Shown: one piece after another, positions 23,745-38,700 of the stretch
Numbering within the stretch: position 1 is the first letter of the stretch
Layout of the letters: each line of letters starts with the position of its first letter
Origin: Lytechinus pictus
Lineage: Eukaryota
Assembly: GCF_037042905.1 (NCBI RefSeq)
Contig: NC_087245.1
Location: 7,442,001-7,506,000, forward strand
Length of the DNA stretch: 64,000 nucleotides
Direction: 5' to 3'
Translations under genes and position numbers: made by a program
Notes under the pieces: model-generated
What the model saw: only the letters and a program-made list of their open reading frames with translations
What the model was told of the DNA's origin: nothing
The model's database searches: none

Positions 23745-26700
23745 GTAGTTATTCTCAGTTTGTTTTAAAAATGTACAGACTTCGGCTTGCTTGTACACAT
23801 ACAGATTGATTTGTTCAATTTTACAAAGTTCAGACAATGACAACTCAACATGCTTACACATTCTAGAATCACTAAAAATAATACATGATTTCTCATGAGA
23901 TAAATGATATTTCAACATGAGTTGTTTGTTGTTGAAACCAGTGTGTGTAATCTTTTGATATGATCTCATCAGAACCTTTAATAGCATACCACAGTCATTA
24001 TAAAGCTAGTTGGGTATATGCCAGTAATTTTAAATGATATCTTTCTAATCAGAGTTTTTGTTACCAAGGATACTCATATCATGAAATTTATATTCTTCAT
24101 GTGCAAATAGACAGAATCAGCATTGTGAATAGTAAATAATATTGATTATGTATTCTGATATTAGATTTTAAACAATATCTTCTGGTGTTTGTATGTTCAA
24201 ACTGTCAAAATTCAATCTATAAATTATTTTTTATTTAAAGTTAAGGTTAGTTAGTCATGAGTTACTATAGTTACTCATGGCCCATACAAAATGCACTTCC
24301 TTCAATTTTCATACAGACGTAGATAAGGATTTTAGTCAGTTTCCAATCAATGACAATGTTCCCACTGAGCCTCTGACTACATCAATGCAGGGCATTAATA
24401 ATACAATATTTTTTAATTTCTTTGTTTTAAGCAGCTCAAGAAAGGCCCTATTCCAGTAGAAGCACAACATCCTTGAAAGATGAAATACAACAACTATCCA
24501 ATAAGAAGAAAGAGCTGCTGATGAAAGATAAAGGTAATTATTTTATGCTGTCTATATGCAACTTTTTTTCTGGGTACAACCCAAAGGCACTTAATAAACT
24601 CTAGATGGCGCTGTTTGTTTTTGTCTATTTTCATCATTGCATAACAATTCTTGATACTATGATCAATTTGTAAATATTTCAATAATGATATGAAAAATAA
24701 GTAGATATGCAGGGGGGGATTTGTTTACCTTTTCTGTCTTCTAAATATTAAAAGTTCTTTTACTTCATCAGAAAAAAATTTACCCTTTGGTTTTTCTTTC
24801 TATTTATTTTGTGTAACGTACATACAAGATTAAATACAGTTTGTAGTGAAATGTTTACTTTCAAATGGGTATATAATAAGTTACAGAATGCAGCGTGAAT
24901 AAGTCTAGAAATACAAACCGTATATGTAGTGCATTGCCAAAAAAAATACTGTACTAGTGAGTTAATGGACTTCAGGACAGGTTGCGGCTCAAACCCAATG
25001 AAAATATATGATGGGTGGGAATACTTGAGTTAACCTGTTAGCTATGTGAACTATGTGAACATGGAATGTACACATTCCTTCAGGATAGATACATTGTTGG
25101 TGTATGGCTGGTCCTGGAAGGTCTTATCCAACATGGAATCCATTATATCTCTACTGCTAATCCTTTTCCAAATGGAATATAGACACTAAACAATCAAAGA
25201 TCTGATTATTTAGGAATAAAAAACACCTTGTGTCCCTTTTCTTTCCTCCTTCCTAAGTTCCATCTCAATATTGACATGTGGATGATGAATAAAGCACCTT
25301 TTGTTTTCTCTGAAACATTGTATCATTCTTTAGCTCCTGAAGGTAAATATTACTGGTAAACATGTTAATGGTGGCTTGGCTTGCAGTGTACATGTTCATT
25401 ATAGTTGGGAGTTAGGAGTTCTGAGTCAGTTACAGTTAAGATTGGAAGGGTGCTTACATGACATGTCTTTGGTGTCTGTTGGATTTCATGCCTGATTTGC
25501 ATGTATTTTGTTCTGGATTCTTTGTGACTAGGAATTGTTGATATATTTTGTGTATTTGGTTTCTGCCTTGCACCCAGTATATAAGATTGCATTCATCGAT
25601 CTGATATTTTATTAGTCAGGAAAAATCTTGGAACCAGTGGGATTTTAACATTTCATTTACCGATTGCCAGTTAGCGACTCAACCAGGCCATCACTGGTCC
25701 ATGGCACAGAGGCGATGATACAAGAACAAATACCACAGTACCTCTTATTTTGTAATACGACTTACATTCCTAGTCCGCCATGGACAATGGAATGAAATGC
25801 CAGAACGCCAGAAACCGAATGTACGATATCAAAACTTCCCAAGCAAGCCTTAACATTCTGTTCATATAGTTTGTATTTATGGCTGAGTAAGAAAATGTTG
25901 TAAACAGTGTTAAGGCTGATGCCCTTTGGTCTTCTTTGAGGTCTCTAACAAGTAAATCATCTATACGAACCTCAGTCACCTGATTGATCTTCCAACTGAG
26001 CTGTTTGTTGTCAGTTCCTTGGTCCAATAAAGGATGACCTTTTTGTTTGAGGATAAACGTGATTTCTAGTCACAATGAGGATGTGGTCATCAGGCTATTT
26101 TAAGTCTGTGGCAACTGGAGATGGAGAATGTCTATACTAACTTTAGCATGTGTACTTGATGCCATGTAGCATTGTCATCTATACAAGCAGCATTTCTCAA
26201 GACTTTGTAGGGTGCCATGTGAAAGATACTTTGTGTTTTGTTTAACCTTTTTTTTGAAACATTTCCTGCAAGCTTTGTTGAATTAGATTTCTCCATGTCA
26301 AAATGAAATGAAATCTCATCAACTTGTTTGGCAAGCATTGGAACCCACTTTTTAAAAAAGACTTTTATACCTTTTGGGAAGACATGGATACTCAGGCTTT
26401 TACAATGGCATAGTCTAGTTCTTACTTCAATTTGGTACAGAGTGGAAAGAGGAGGCTTATAAGTTCAAATGGCTGCCAGTGGAAGTTGCAGTAACTTCCA
26501 TTCCTGGGATGAGTTTGTCACTGTTATAAGAGACCTTTCCAGTAAGTTTGATAGACAGCATGATCACTAAGCAATGATTTCACTTTGAAGGAGAATGTAT
26601 TTAGGAATCCCTATTTTTGTATTGACTCAGTTGTGCAAAATTGTCCATATTTGAATTTCAAGCCTTTATAAAGCTCTTTAGTTATGAGGGGGGCATTTTA

Positions 26701-29700
26701 TTTTGACGTATGTGGAGTGAAGTGAAAATTTGTTGTTGTTAATTTTACTTATTTCCTTCATATTTGAAATTTTGCCATAATTTTATGGAATCTTAATGAT
26801 TGTATACATATTCAGTGAAGCTAATAAAGGATAATTTCCTTGATGTTGATTTTATGCCATCTGATATTTTTACTGTTGATATACTTGGTTTGTTTGTTAT
26901 TCAGAACCAGACCTATGGAAGCAGAACATCCAGGATCAGATAGAAAAGGAGTTAGAGAGAAGAGTCAGAGATGCTCTAGAGACACCTCCTCTTGAGAGAA
27001 TGAGAAGAAACAAACATAAAGCTCGTCTTAGAAAACAACAACAGAAGAAGAAAGAAGAAGAAAAGAGGTGGGATGTGTTGATTTTGCAGTCTTTTTTGTA
27101 AAATGAAGTGAGCTGAACCAAATGAACCTTTCCGTTGATGATCTGCCATGCTGATATGGCAAACTGTATTCTTTGTTGCAGTTATGACAAAGATAATTGA
27201 TTTAGAGGAAAAAATATACAAAACAGGAAGAAAATCTGGATAATCTTCAAGAAATTTGCATGAAAAGAATATATTGAATTAGAATGACTTTATATGCCCC
27301 CGCAGAAGAAGTCCGGAGGGGGCATTAAGCGTTGCCCCTATCCGTCCTTCCGTCCGTCCCCCACTTGGTTTCCGTGCAATGACTCAAAAAATATTCAATG
27401 AATTAAAAAGAAATTTAGTGTGTAGGTAGATGACACCAAAATACAGGCTAAGTTCGATTTCGGAATCTGCAGGTCAAAGGTCACAGCTCATTAAATATGC
27501 GAGTTGGTTTCCGCATGATAACTTATGAAATATTCAACAGATTTTAAATAAAATTGGGTGTGTAGGTAGATTTGTAGGTAGATGACACCAAAATACAGGC
27601 TAAGGTCGAATTCGGAGTCCACAGGTCAAAGGTCACAGCTCATTAAATATGCGAGTTGGTTTCCGCTTGATAACTTATGAAATATTCAACAGATTAAAAA
27701 AAGGTTGGGGTGTGTAGGTAGATGACACCAAAATACAGGCTAACTTTCGAATTCGGAGTCCGCAGGTCAAAGGTCACAGCTCATTATATATGCGAGTTGG
27801 TTTCTGCATGATAACTTATGAAATATTCAACAGATTTAAAAAATTGGGGTGTATAGGTAGATGACACCAAAATACAGGCCAAGTTCAAATTTGGAGCCTG
27901 CAGGTCAAAGGTCACAGCTCATTAAATATGCGAGTTGGTTCAAAGGTCTAAGTTTGTTCATTATATATATGCATATTGGTTTCTGCACGATATTAAGTTC
28001 AATCATAAATGAATTTCTGATCGCGTTAAGCGGGGGTGTCTGTGTCCTTTGGACACGTCAAATTTCTAGTTTTTATCACAAATCATGTATTTGATTATTT
28101 ATTTTCATTTTTTATTCAACATAGTTCATTATATGTATGCTTGTTTTATGTTTAACTTCATGAAACATAAACGTGATTATCATGGTCATGTGGTCTAGTG
28201 GTTGGAGCATTGGACTTGTGATTGAGAGATCATGAGTTTGAATCGCAGCTCGGCCATTATCTCCACTTTAACAAAAAAAGGCTCGAGAGTAATTTCTGTC
28301 GTCTTTAAGGTCAGCTACTATGACTAATCAAAGTAGACATAAAATGTTTCCTGTGTAATTTATTATTTACCAGCTTGACGTTGATGCGGCAGAGAGCTGC
28401 TCTGCCAAGTTCCTACAGGAGTTACTTCAGCTGAAATGGAACAGATTGAGAAATAGCTTGCATTGCAGATCTGACATCTGCCCAGGAGAATGTTCAACTA
28501 TTTATGCTGAAGAAGTGTGTTGTGGATTTTAATTTCAAATGAAAAATACCTTGCAATTTTAATAGCTGAAGCTCTGAAAGATAGTAATAATATGGAATGA
28601 ATGTGATATGATATTTTTATTGACAACCCTTCCTTTCCTAGATCCCTGACCCTAGAAGAGTGTGATAGCCATGCCCAAGCCTTGCCATCTCTTAAAGAGA
28701 AATTCCCTTGGAATGATATCAACTCCTCCTTTACCTACTTTGATAACCCTGAGAGTCCAACATGGTTTGAACGTCAGATCTACAACACCCAGTACACTGA
28801 TAATGGCAGTGAAAGCAGCGCTGGGTACCTTGATGTCAACGGTAATCAACCTGACTGTAGGACTCAAGAAGAACGGGATGCACTCTCTCGTAAGTCTTCA
28901 AGGCCTAGAACTAGAAGTGCAAGTGTCACATTGACTAGAGACAGGCAAAGAATATTGGCTGACAAAGGCGGGGATACAGATCCTGAAGAGGATAGAACTA
29001 TCATAGACATAAAACGAAAGACCTTCCATCGCTTCACCAGCGCTGGTTTCAGGGAGGCAATGAGAAAGGGCAAAGGGGTATTGAAGAAGATTGGAAATGG
29101 GAAGTACATGGATAAGAATGGAGTGATTCTTTCAATGGATGGTCCTTTCTGGCCTCCGGAGTGTGGACCTCTTTACCCTAAACCCAATCACACCAAGAAG
29201 GTGCCATCATCTGCAGAACCACTCTATGATCATGGTAAGAATTGAGACTTGTTCAAACATGTAGCTCATCAAAGCTCAGCAACATGCAAAATCAACTGGA
29301 TATTACTTGAACATTTCAACAGGCAGGAAGTTTTCTTCATGTAGCTACAAAATGGCTTTGAACAAGCAACATTTTGAAAAGATTTTGTGCAAAATTTATG
29401 ATGATTTTGTGATGCTTTTGACCATAATCTTTTTCACAATAAAATGCCTATGGATATTGTACATTTCCCACCAAATACGATCCATGAACACAAAAACACT
29501 GCTGAGATTTGTTGCCCCTATCTGGACAAAGCTTTCACTAGAAATTGTGCAATTTTGTGTCTTACGTACAATACATGTGTGGGGTGTGGGTCTTTATGTT
29601 TGATTATGTCTTTATCTGTTTGTTCACTTGATGTATCTGTTTTCATGTTTGTTCTTTGTCTAGTCTTGTACACTACATCTAGAAATTAGAGTTTGTCATG

Positions 29701-32700
29701 TTTTTTTTTTTTTTACAAAGTTATCATACAGTATCATCTACCAATGTTTGTTGTCATCTTCTACTCTTAATAGTACAGACCACCTTCTGGTTTGGTTTTT
29801 TTTGTGTATGATTGGGATTTTGCTTGGGACTGGCAGGTGCAATACACTGTGTAACACCCTATTCTGACTAATAGTCTATTGGTTTTGACAAGCATACATC
29901 GTAGGTTGTAACTCTTCTGTACACGGGACCAACAGTTGCATCCTTTCCGATGGATGGAGTGTTTTCAAACTGCATTCACACTTGCTCTGAATCCAGTGGT
30001 GAGGCATGCTAACACAATGCTAGCATCAGTTTTTGTCTCACCTGCATAGCAGAGTGAGACTATAGGCGCCGCTTTTCCGATGGCGGCGACGGCGTCAACA
30101 CCAAATCTTAACCGAAGGTTAAGTTTTTGAAATGTCATCATAACTTAGAAAATATATGGAACTAGTTTATGAAACTTGGACATGAGGTTAATCAAGTATC
30201 ACTGAACATCCTGCATGAGTTACATGTCACATGACCAAGGTCAAAGATCATTAGGGTCAATGAACTTTGGCCGAATTGGGAGTATCTGTTGAATTACCAT
30301 TATAACTTTGAAAGTTTATGATTCTGATTCATGAAACTTGGACATAATAGTAATCAAGTATCACTAAACACCCTGTACAAGTTTCAGGTCACATGATTAA
30401 GGTCAAAGGTCATTTAGGGTCAATGAACTTTGGCCAAATTGGGGGTATTTGTTGAATTACCATCATAACTTTGAAAGTATATTGGTCTAGTTCATAAAAC
30501 TTGGATATTTAAGAGTAATCAAGTATCACTGAACATCCTGTGCACATTTCAGGTCACATGACCAAGGTCAAAGGTCAATGAAGTCCATTTCTGTTTTATC
30601 AATCACCCTTTTTTTGTGTGTTTCATATTTAATCGTACATCCTCGTAATTCCATTAACATAATTTCAAAAAATACCTGGTCACTTACAATAAATTTGCAA
30701 GATTTCTTATTGATATCCTCAAACCTAGCCTCATTGTGTTCATTCTTGTCAATATAATTCATTGTTATTTCTTATTTCTTTTATTTTATCTCTTATAATT
30801 TTTACATATTCCTCATCATTTAGAAGTAAACTGCTAAATTTCCAAAATCTGTTACGACATCGACCATTATCTAATTTGAGTTCTAAACTAATCAATTAAT
30901 GATCAGATCTATAGCTATTATGGATCTGACAACTTGAAACCAAAGAAAGTAACTGATTAGATATCAAGAAAAAATCCAAACGACCTTGTTTTAAAGGATT
31001 AGGTTGTCTCCAAGTGTACCGTTTTAAATCTGGATTAATAGATCGCCATGGATCAATTAAGTTAAAATCATTTTTAATTTCTGTAACTTTGTAATGTGCG
31101 TTTTTATTATTTAATCGAACGTAGTTATATGAATCCAAATCAAGATCCTGGAGTAAATTCCAGTCTCCGCACATAATTACAATAGGATCGTTTATGTGTA
31201 ATATAATATTCTCTAATTCTTCGAAAAAGCTGGGACAATCCTTGTTTGGGGCATAAAGTGAAATCAAAGAAAATTCTAATTGTCCAATACAAAGGCTTAA
31301 AGCAGCATAATTAAATTAAGTCATATAATACCTGTTTCACTTCGCATTGATTTCTTTTATCAAGTAATATCACGACACCCCTAGCATTAGAGGATTTGTT
31401 TGCAAAAAAACATGAACCATCTCAATCAAGTTCAACTATAGCCTCTATCTCAGGCACGAAAAGCGTATCTAATAAACAACCTTGGTAGACCAGCAGCACC
31501 ATGATTGATGCTGCTGAGTAGGGCCATCCTCCCGTTTTCTATTTATCAATTCACATGTATCATTTTATATGTATTGTTATCTGTTTTTTAACGGAAAAAA
31601 ATTCAATTCAACAAATATCAGCATTTTTACTTTTAAGATAGTTCAATACATCTTTTCTTTTCTGCAAGTTTCCCAGACCCCTGCAATTTACTGAGATAAT
31701 TTTCAACTTACTATTCATAGATCGAAACATAGCATAACCCATATAAAAGCCATCGAAGGGATTTTTTTTTAACATACAAGACAAAACAAGACTTATAACA
31801 TAAAAGACGACACCAAAACAACACCTGAACAAGACAAGAGACTCGCACTGCGTTTCCTTACATAAATACCACACATAACAAAGGAGAGTAGGACTTTTCC
31901 ATGGGGTCTCCTACGAAATCCATTTCTTACATAAGAACGTAAAATCTGTAAAGAGCTTGAACCTTGCCCTTATTTTATGAAAGAGCATTCTTTCCTGTCA
32001 TTTTTTCCTAAAAAACAAAAGAAAGAAGATATCTAGTTTGTAACCAGGAATTTACAACCATTTAACATAACAAAGGTAAACGCAATGTAGGAATAAATTA
32101 AGATGAACACAGATCATTGAAATGAGAATAGGCAAACAGCGATTCCGGTGCCGTATGTGTTCATAATTATCCTAATGAAAAGGGGGAAAAGTCGAAGCTT
32201 CGAAACCCTAAAATAATTTTTTAGAGTAGATGCAATTGTAAATAATGAAAAAAAAGTAAGGAAAATGATAATAATATATATATTTGCAATTTACAGCACC
32301 TTTGGCCAAATGAATTCTCAATTTTCATGTCTGTGTTCAACCAAATTATCTAAAATGACTTTATAAACATAAATCGAAGTTTCTTCAATTTACTTCCTGA
32401 TCATTCTTACATCAGCTTTTAAACATTTCCGAGAAAATCAGGCTGAAGAAAATGGCTAATAGTGATGTTACTTTCATCGATTGAGTTACAGATCTCCTTG
32501 TATTAGTTTTTCAAAGAAACATAACCGAGGTCAAAATACATCTTGAAAATATTTAATGTAAATTGCATGATAAACGTGCCTATTTCTTATGTTCTTGCTT
32601 GATACACACAATAATATTGATCTCTTCTCATTTGACAGTCATATGAATGCTCTTTTCGTATTAATGTTCCGGAAAATGTTTACACTGTTTATCAAGTAAA

Positions 32701-35700
32701 TATACAAGGAAAAAAAAATCTTTTGAAAAATAGAAAATATTTTGACTCTCTGTAAAAACTATAATTGATCCACTCAATTGCCCGTCCAATTATCATGATT
32801 ATGCGGACACTGACTAGCTCAAGAACTTTAAACTATGCTTAATGACTGCAATAATTGTATAGAGTGAATGAATGGAATCGTGTATTTTATTTCCATTTTG
32901 TTCTGAATATAATTCAAAAAATATTCTTTATGTTTAACTAGGACATTTTTAATGTCACAACTTATTTTTTTCTCTCGTATTAATATAATTATATCATCAA
33001 TCTATTTCCAAATTGTCAAACTTGAAAATAACTACTCTCTTTATACAAGCTATGAAGTCATTATTTATTCCACTTTTTCTAGTTTCACAAGCCTATGTCT
33101 ACTTCACTGTCGACATATTGGATGTTTTTAATCTTTGAGTATTATTCATTGTACAATCTTTCAATTAAAGTTTCAAGTCTTAAGAATTGTATCACCACAT
33201 GCCATGCGTATATATGTGGCAAATAATCCGTGGTCTGTGCTGTTTGAGTGAATGATACAATAAATACATCAATGTACTGAAATAAAAGTCTTTCTTCTTC
33301 TTTTTACATGAGATTGTATGCATACATAGATGAAAACTGGTTGTTCTACCTTTCAACTTAATGTATTTATTTTAAAAAATCATAGCATATAACCAATATA
33401 CATTTTTTATAGCAAATACTATTCATCTTAGTCTCTACCTTCTTTTGGTATTTTGTTATTTAGTGAATTTATATATCTGCTATTTCAAACATAAAGTGGA
33501 AACTTATTTATCATAGTTGTTTCCCATCTGTGATAGCAATTTAATACTTAATTGTTTTATTTATTTTTCTTTACTTTATAGGGGAGACCGGGGTTAGTTG
33601 GAACGTTTTTGACAAAAATGGCTGTAAAATCCAAATAGATTTTATTCGAGAAACAATCAATATATCAGCTTGAAGCATATATCTCAGGGCTTCAAATGTA
33701 CCCAATAAAATTTTTAACTCTATTATGGTTACTGAAAAAATCCACCTTGAACAAGACCATCGCAAACGTTCCAACTTACCCCCATATCGGGGTAAGTTGG
33801 AACATGGTATGGGGTAAGTTGGAACACTGCATGGTCAATTAAGAATTATACTAAAACTACTTAGAACTGTAATATTACATGGTTTTAGCCTATTTGCTTT
33901 ATCTTATTCAAGTTTAAAATATTAAAGTGTGGATTCGTTGAACTTTATGTTTTCTATTATACAGCCACTCACGCAAGCAGACTGTGTAGTAGAATTCTGC
34001 ATATTTGGGTGCGTTTGAGTTTACATGCAATTAAGTGTACTGTCAGCAATTTCATGTACTTCTGCATCAAATTTTTAAGACAAAAATTGATTGTTTATAT
34101 TTTTTTTATAATTAATTATGCAAATAAGCATGTAAAATTTTCCCGATTTTTTTTGGTATGTTTTTGCCTTTAACTATTTATTAAGCTAGTAGAATGCTAA
34201 TTTTTGGTGAGAGTATCAATTTTCACATTTATAACAAATATCCACCAAAAAATATAATTTCTTATGTATTTTTTGTTTTTTATTTGTATTTTTGTTTTTT
34301 CGAACTTTGTTTTTTCTGATGGACTTTGTCAGGAGTCTTTTGCGATCATAAATAGCATATTAATGAATCTAATTGAACCAGCAAAAGTAAAAAAATAATC
34401 ATACATTTATGACTTTTGGTTGAAAAACACAATTTGCATTGACCTTGTACATGGAATCACGTTTTTGATCAATTTTGGGTCCGAACATGCACATACAATT
34501 TGTTGCGTAATTTTGAAACCGCGCACACAGGCATCGCAAATTTGGTCTCAAATGATGCGCAAGACTTGAAAGTAAAAAGTCAGCTAGCAGTGTAGTCAAA
34601 AAATTTCGTGCAACGGCGTAGTGACAAAATTTCTTGAGGGGGGCTCAAATTGACCCCCCCCCCCATTTTGATAAGGGTTAACATTGCATTAGGTGCCTAC
34701 AATAGGCCTTAAATGCACACTCAGACCTAACTGATAAACAAAACAAGCATGGTATACAATACATGTTCAGAAGAGTGTGAAATACTTTGTTTTTTTTCTC
34801 ATATCCAATGTTTTCATTCATAATTGTGTTTGGGGTAAGTTGGAACATGTTCCAACTAGCCCCTTCAATTTTGTTCCAACTAACCCCGGAGGCCCATTTG
34901 ACGTTCATAAGCTTACAGCACAAAAAAGGGACTTTACCATGGCATAATAATAACCTCATTTTGTAGCTTGGTATAAGTGTCTATTATACCCCCAAACTGG
35001 CCAACTTGATCTATAAACTTCTCTGAGATAATCAAACATTTCTGAACGAGAAAAAATTTACTCAGAAGGTCAAAAAACAAAAATTTGTTTCTAACTTCAC
35101 CAGGCTTGTTGCACATGTGTTGTCTGTAATATGGTGGATGGCTGTTGATAATGACAATAAATTGAGGGCAGTATTGCAGAAATTTATTTAAAGACGTTAA
35201 AGAAAATTACAATGTTTCAACTTACCCCATGTTCCAACTAACCCCGGTCTCCCCTACTGTTTTGAATTAATTCTGTATTTTCATTTAGAAACTATCCTGG
35301 ATTCGGAAAATCATAGTATCGTTATTCCATATATTTAGTATTTTCAGAATATCAGAACAATCCAATGGAATTTTATCCATACTCACTGTGAAAAAAAATA
35401 TATTTTACAGTGAAATTACATATTCATGATACAATATTTTCTTTCAAAGGTGCTCACATTTTTACAATATTTTGTTGTGTGTTTTACATTGAATCAATGA
35501 ACATGATAAATATGTGATTGTACAGAGGCTTGCTCACCAACTTCTTTTCAAGCGTTTACAAGTGCTGTCCAAGGTGATGTTGATCCGTTTTTATCGACAC
35601 TCTAGGGTTAGCTTGATTCCATTTAGACGGATCCTTGTTGATTTATTTTCATTTTTCCTCAATTGATAGACGTGATTTTCCAACTCAAACCGTCGCTTTT

Positions 35701-38700
35701 TCAATTGTAATGGAAGATCTGTGACAACTCGAAGCCGTACTGGACTATCAGAAGTTGGTTGAGCATGGTGATTTTTCTTGAGCTGATATTTTTTCAATAC
35801 TGCATCGTGATCGAACATACTCATAAATCAAAACGATGATTGGATCCGGACCTCTGCGTTGCTCCCCCTGAATCTGGCTTCTTGGAAGCCTGTGGGCGTT
35901 TACAAACTTCATTTTACTTGTTTCCTCCTGGGTAAAGCCTAACTTCTGTATACTGCTTCTTACTTTCCTTTCAATATTTTCATCTTTCTCCTTTTCGATT
36001 CCGTACAGCAGAAGGTTGAGTTTGGGATTGTGTAGCTCCAGAGCAAGGATTGAATCCTTAATTTGTGCTTCCATAGCATTTTTCTCCTGTCTTAGCTTCG
36101 GAATTTCCTGATTTTCAATTGTGCTTATTCTTGAAGCCGAATCTGCTGCTGCAGCTTGTAGATCAGCAAGTGTTGTATGCATTCCCGAAATATCCTTCTT
36201 GATAGCAGTCATCTGAGAGCCCAATGTATCCAAACGTTGTACATGTAGAATCTGGTTAGACAGTTTTTGAAAATCTGCACATGTTACCATGTCTGATGTC
36301 TTCCCAGCTTCTAATGCATGGTCCTCTTCCGTGGTGACTTGATTATTAGACATGTTTTTTTAAATTAAACTTGGCTTAGGAGAATACCTGTCCTTTTTTT
36401 TCCAAGGAGAGTCTGTAGAAGAATTACTGAAAAAAATCAGTTATATACTTTGAGATTTTGCTCATGCTGCCCCTTTGGAAGCATTCTGCCATACAGTTGT
36501 AGAAAATGCACTCCTTCAGGCTGAGTGTTGAATGGAGACAACAACACTACAATGTTCGGCAAGCCCAGAGAAATAAACTTTAATTAATATAATATTTTAC
36601 CCCCTCACTTCACAATTAAATATCTAAAACATGGCAGAACTTGAACACATGAAATATGTTCATTTTCTGGTGGGGTTCACTAACTTTTTAGCACCACTGT
36701 ACATGTACAGTGGAGGAGCTGTTGCGTAGTGGTTCTGACTCTCCCCTTGTAAACAGAGGGTTGTGTGTTCAAATCCCACCATGGTCTGGCGTCCTTTGGC
36801 AAGGCGTTAATCCACACTTTGCAACTCTCGACCCAGGTGATAAATGGGTACCCGGTAGGATGTGAAAGTCATTGTAGCTTGTTCAGTACTGTGTGCGCCT
36901 CACCGGCTACTGACTGGAATATTCCCCAGGGAGTGGAGGATGTGCACACATTGTGTGCGGGAATGACTGATTGAATCCGATGACCGGGGTAATAATAGAG
37001 ACTTTTAGGAGCAGTGAACGAGAACGGCGTAGCAGTCGTCTGATCGTTCGAGTCAACGTCGTCTGCACTTGTTGACTACAGATGCGAATACTTTAGATTT
37101 CACTCAACTTGTACATGTATGTACGTCCACGTGAAACAGCGCGATAACCAGCAGGTCATGACACGCTGCCCGACCCGGAAGATCTGTCGTACCATCGCCG
37201 GGCTTTGATTCCTTTTTACGCGAATCAGGATATATATTGATATATATTTTGGAGATCAGAAAGCAATTTCATATATGATAAACATAATGCATCATACAAC
37301 TTTATTTTGTGAAAAAGTCACTGAAAACTGTGTTTTAAAAGGGAAAGGTTGATCTTCATGCTGAGCTTGAGCGGTTGAAATGACATCACTCACGTGCACG
37401 TCGACTATGATTTAGGAGAACAGCAAAATGGATGTGGCGAGGTTCTCGATTCTGATAGTGGAGGTGTGTGAGTACCTGAGGCATATGGAACGCAAAAAAA
37501 TGACGTAATCTCGTACCAGTTGTCTATGTCGACGTGCGTTTCTAAAAGTGCTCAATATATCTGTAAAGCGCTTAGACACGTCGTTGTGATGTTTTAAGGG
37601 CTATATAAAAGATTATTATTACATGTATGTACTTTCTGAGTGAGACCAAGAACTATAGTCAATCATGTATAACCACAATAGACTTCCAAGTGTGATTTTG
37701 ACACATCATTGATTTTTGACAGCACGATTACATTTGTGGTTGATTGATAAAAAGGATAATCATCTTGAAACTAGCTGATTCAATATCAACATACATGTAG
37801 GAATTGAATTTGCAAGGCTGTCAACTATCTATGAGAACAGTATTCATCATTTAGCCCAAGCAAGATGAAATGAAAAGAATGAGTGATTTTTCAAAAGACA
37901 AACATTTATGGCATTTGACCAATAGAGGGCAGCTTCATACATCCAAGTTTTGTTAGATTGAAAGCCAACCACCAGAATTGATGTGTGAATTTTCAAAACA
38001 CCAGCAGTAGCAGCTGCAGCAATAGGTGGTTTCAAACCGCCTCGATCACAAGAATCCCCGTTAAATTACGAGAACTTTTTTAGGCTGAAAAATACCCATT
38101 AATTATTCCTGCATTCACACCGCCCTGAAACATACCCTTCGGGATAAGTTCCTGAAGTTACGAGCATGCGCAGTATGGTCTGATAAGCAGCAAGGCGCGA
38201 AATTCAAAATCACTAGCCCAGCAGCAACCCATGCACGGCGCCGCACCCAACGACACGCTGGGCTAAAAGTTCCCGTAATTTGCTTTCAGACCGCCAAAAT
38301 ACCCACGACCTTGGAAAAATCCCCGCGAAAGTTCTCGTAATTTCGCCAAGTACCTACTATTTATCGGGTATTTTCTTTCGGGGATATTACGCGTAGTTTG
38401 CTTTCACACCGCCAAAATACCTGGTATTTTCTGATCGGGGTAAATTTCCCGATCAGAGAATACCTGGAACTGGCGAACTTCGAGGCGGTCTGAAACCACC
38501 TAATGAGCATCTTTCCCCAAAAAATAATGAGTTGGGCATACTAGGCCTAAATAATTTGTCTTAGTGTGAAAGAAAGAATGTTTCTGCAATCTGTAGTCTT
38601 TGAATGTTTCAAACAAAAATATTGCTCATGAGTAGCTGAACTTGACTCTGTTTTAAAATTATGTTTAAAAACAAATAATTCATGCAAAAAATTTTGAATG

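Noticed and set aside
23448..23987. 179-aa minus-strand ORF
   Set aside because: Antisense shadow of the purine-rich exon plus AT-rich intron, with low-complexity Leu runs.
28184..28260. Functional tRNA genes (also 36712 and 55983)
   Set aside because: The tRNA-like heads have mismatched stems and run into SINE bodies and tails.
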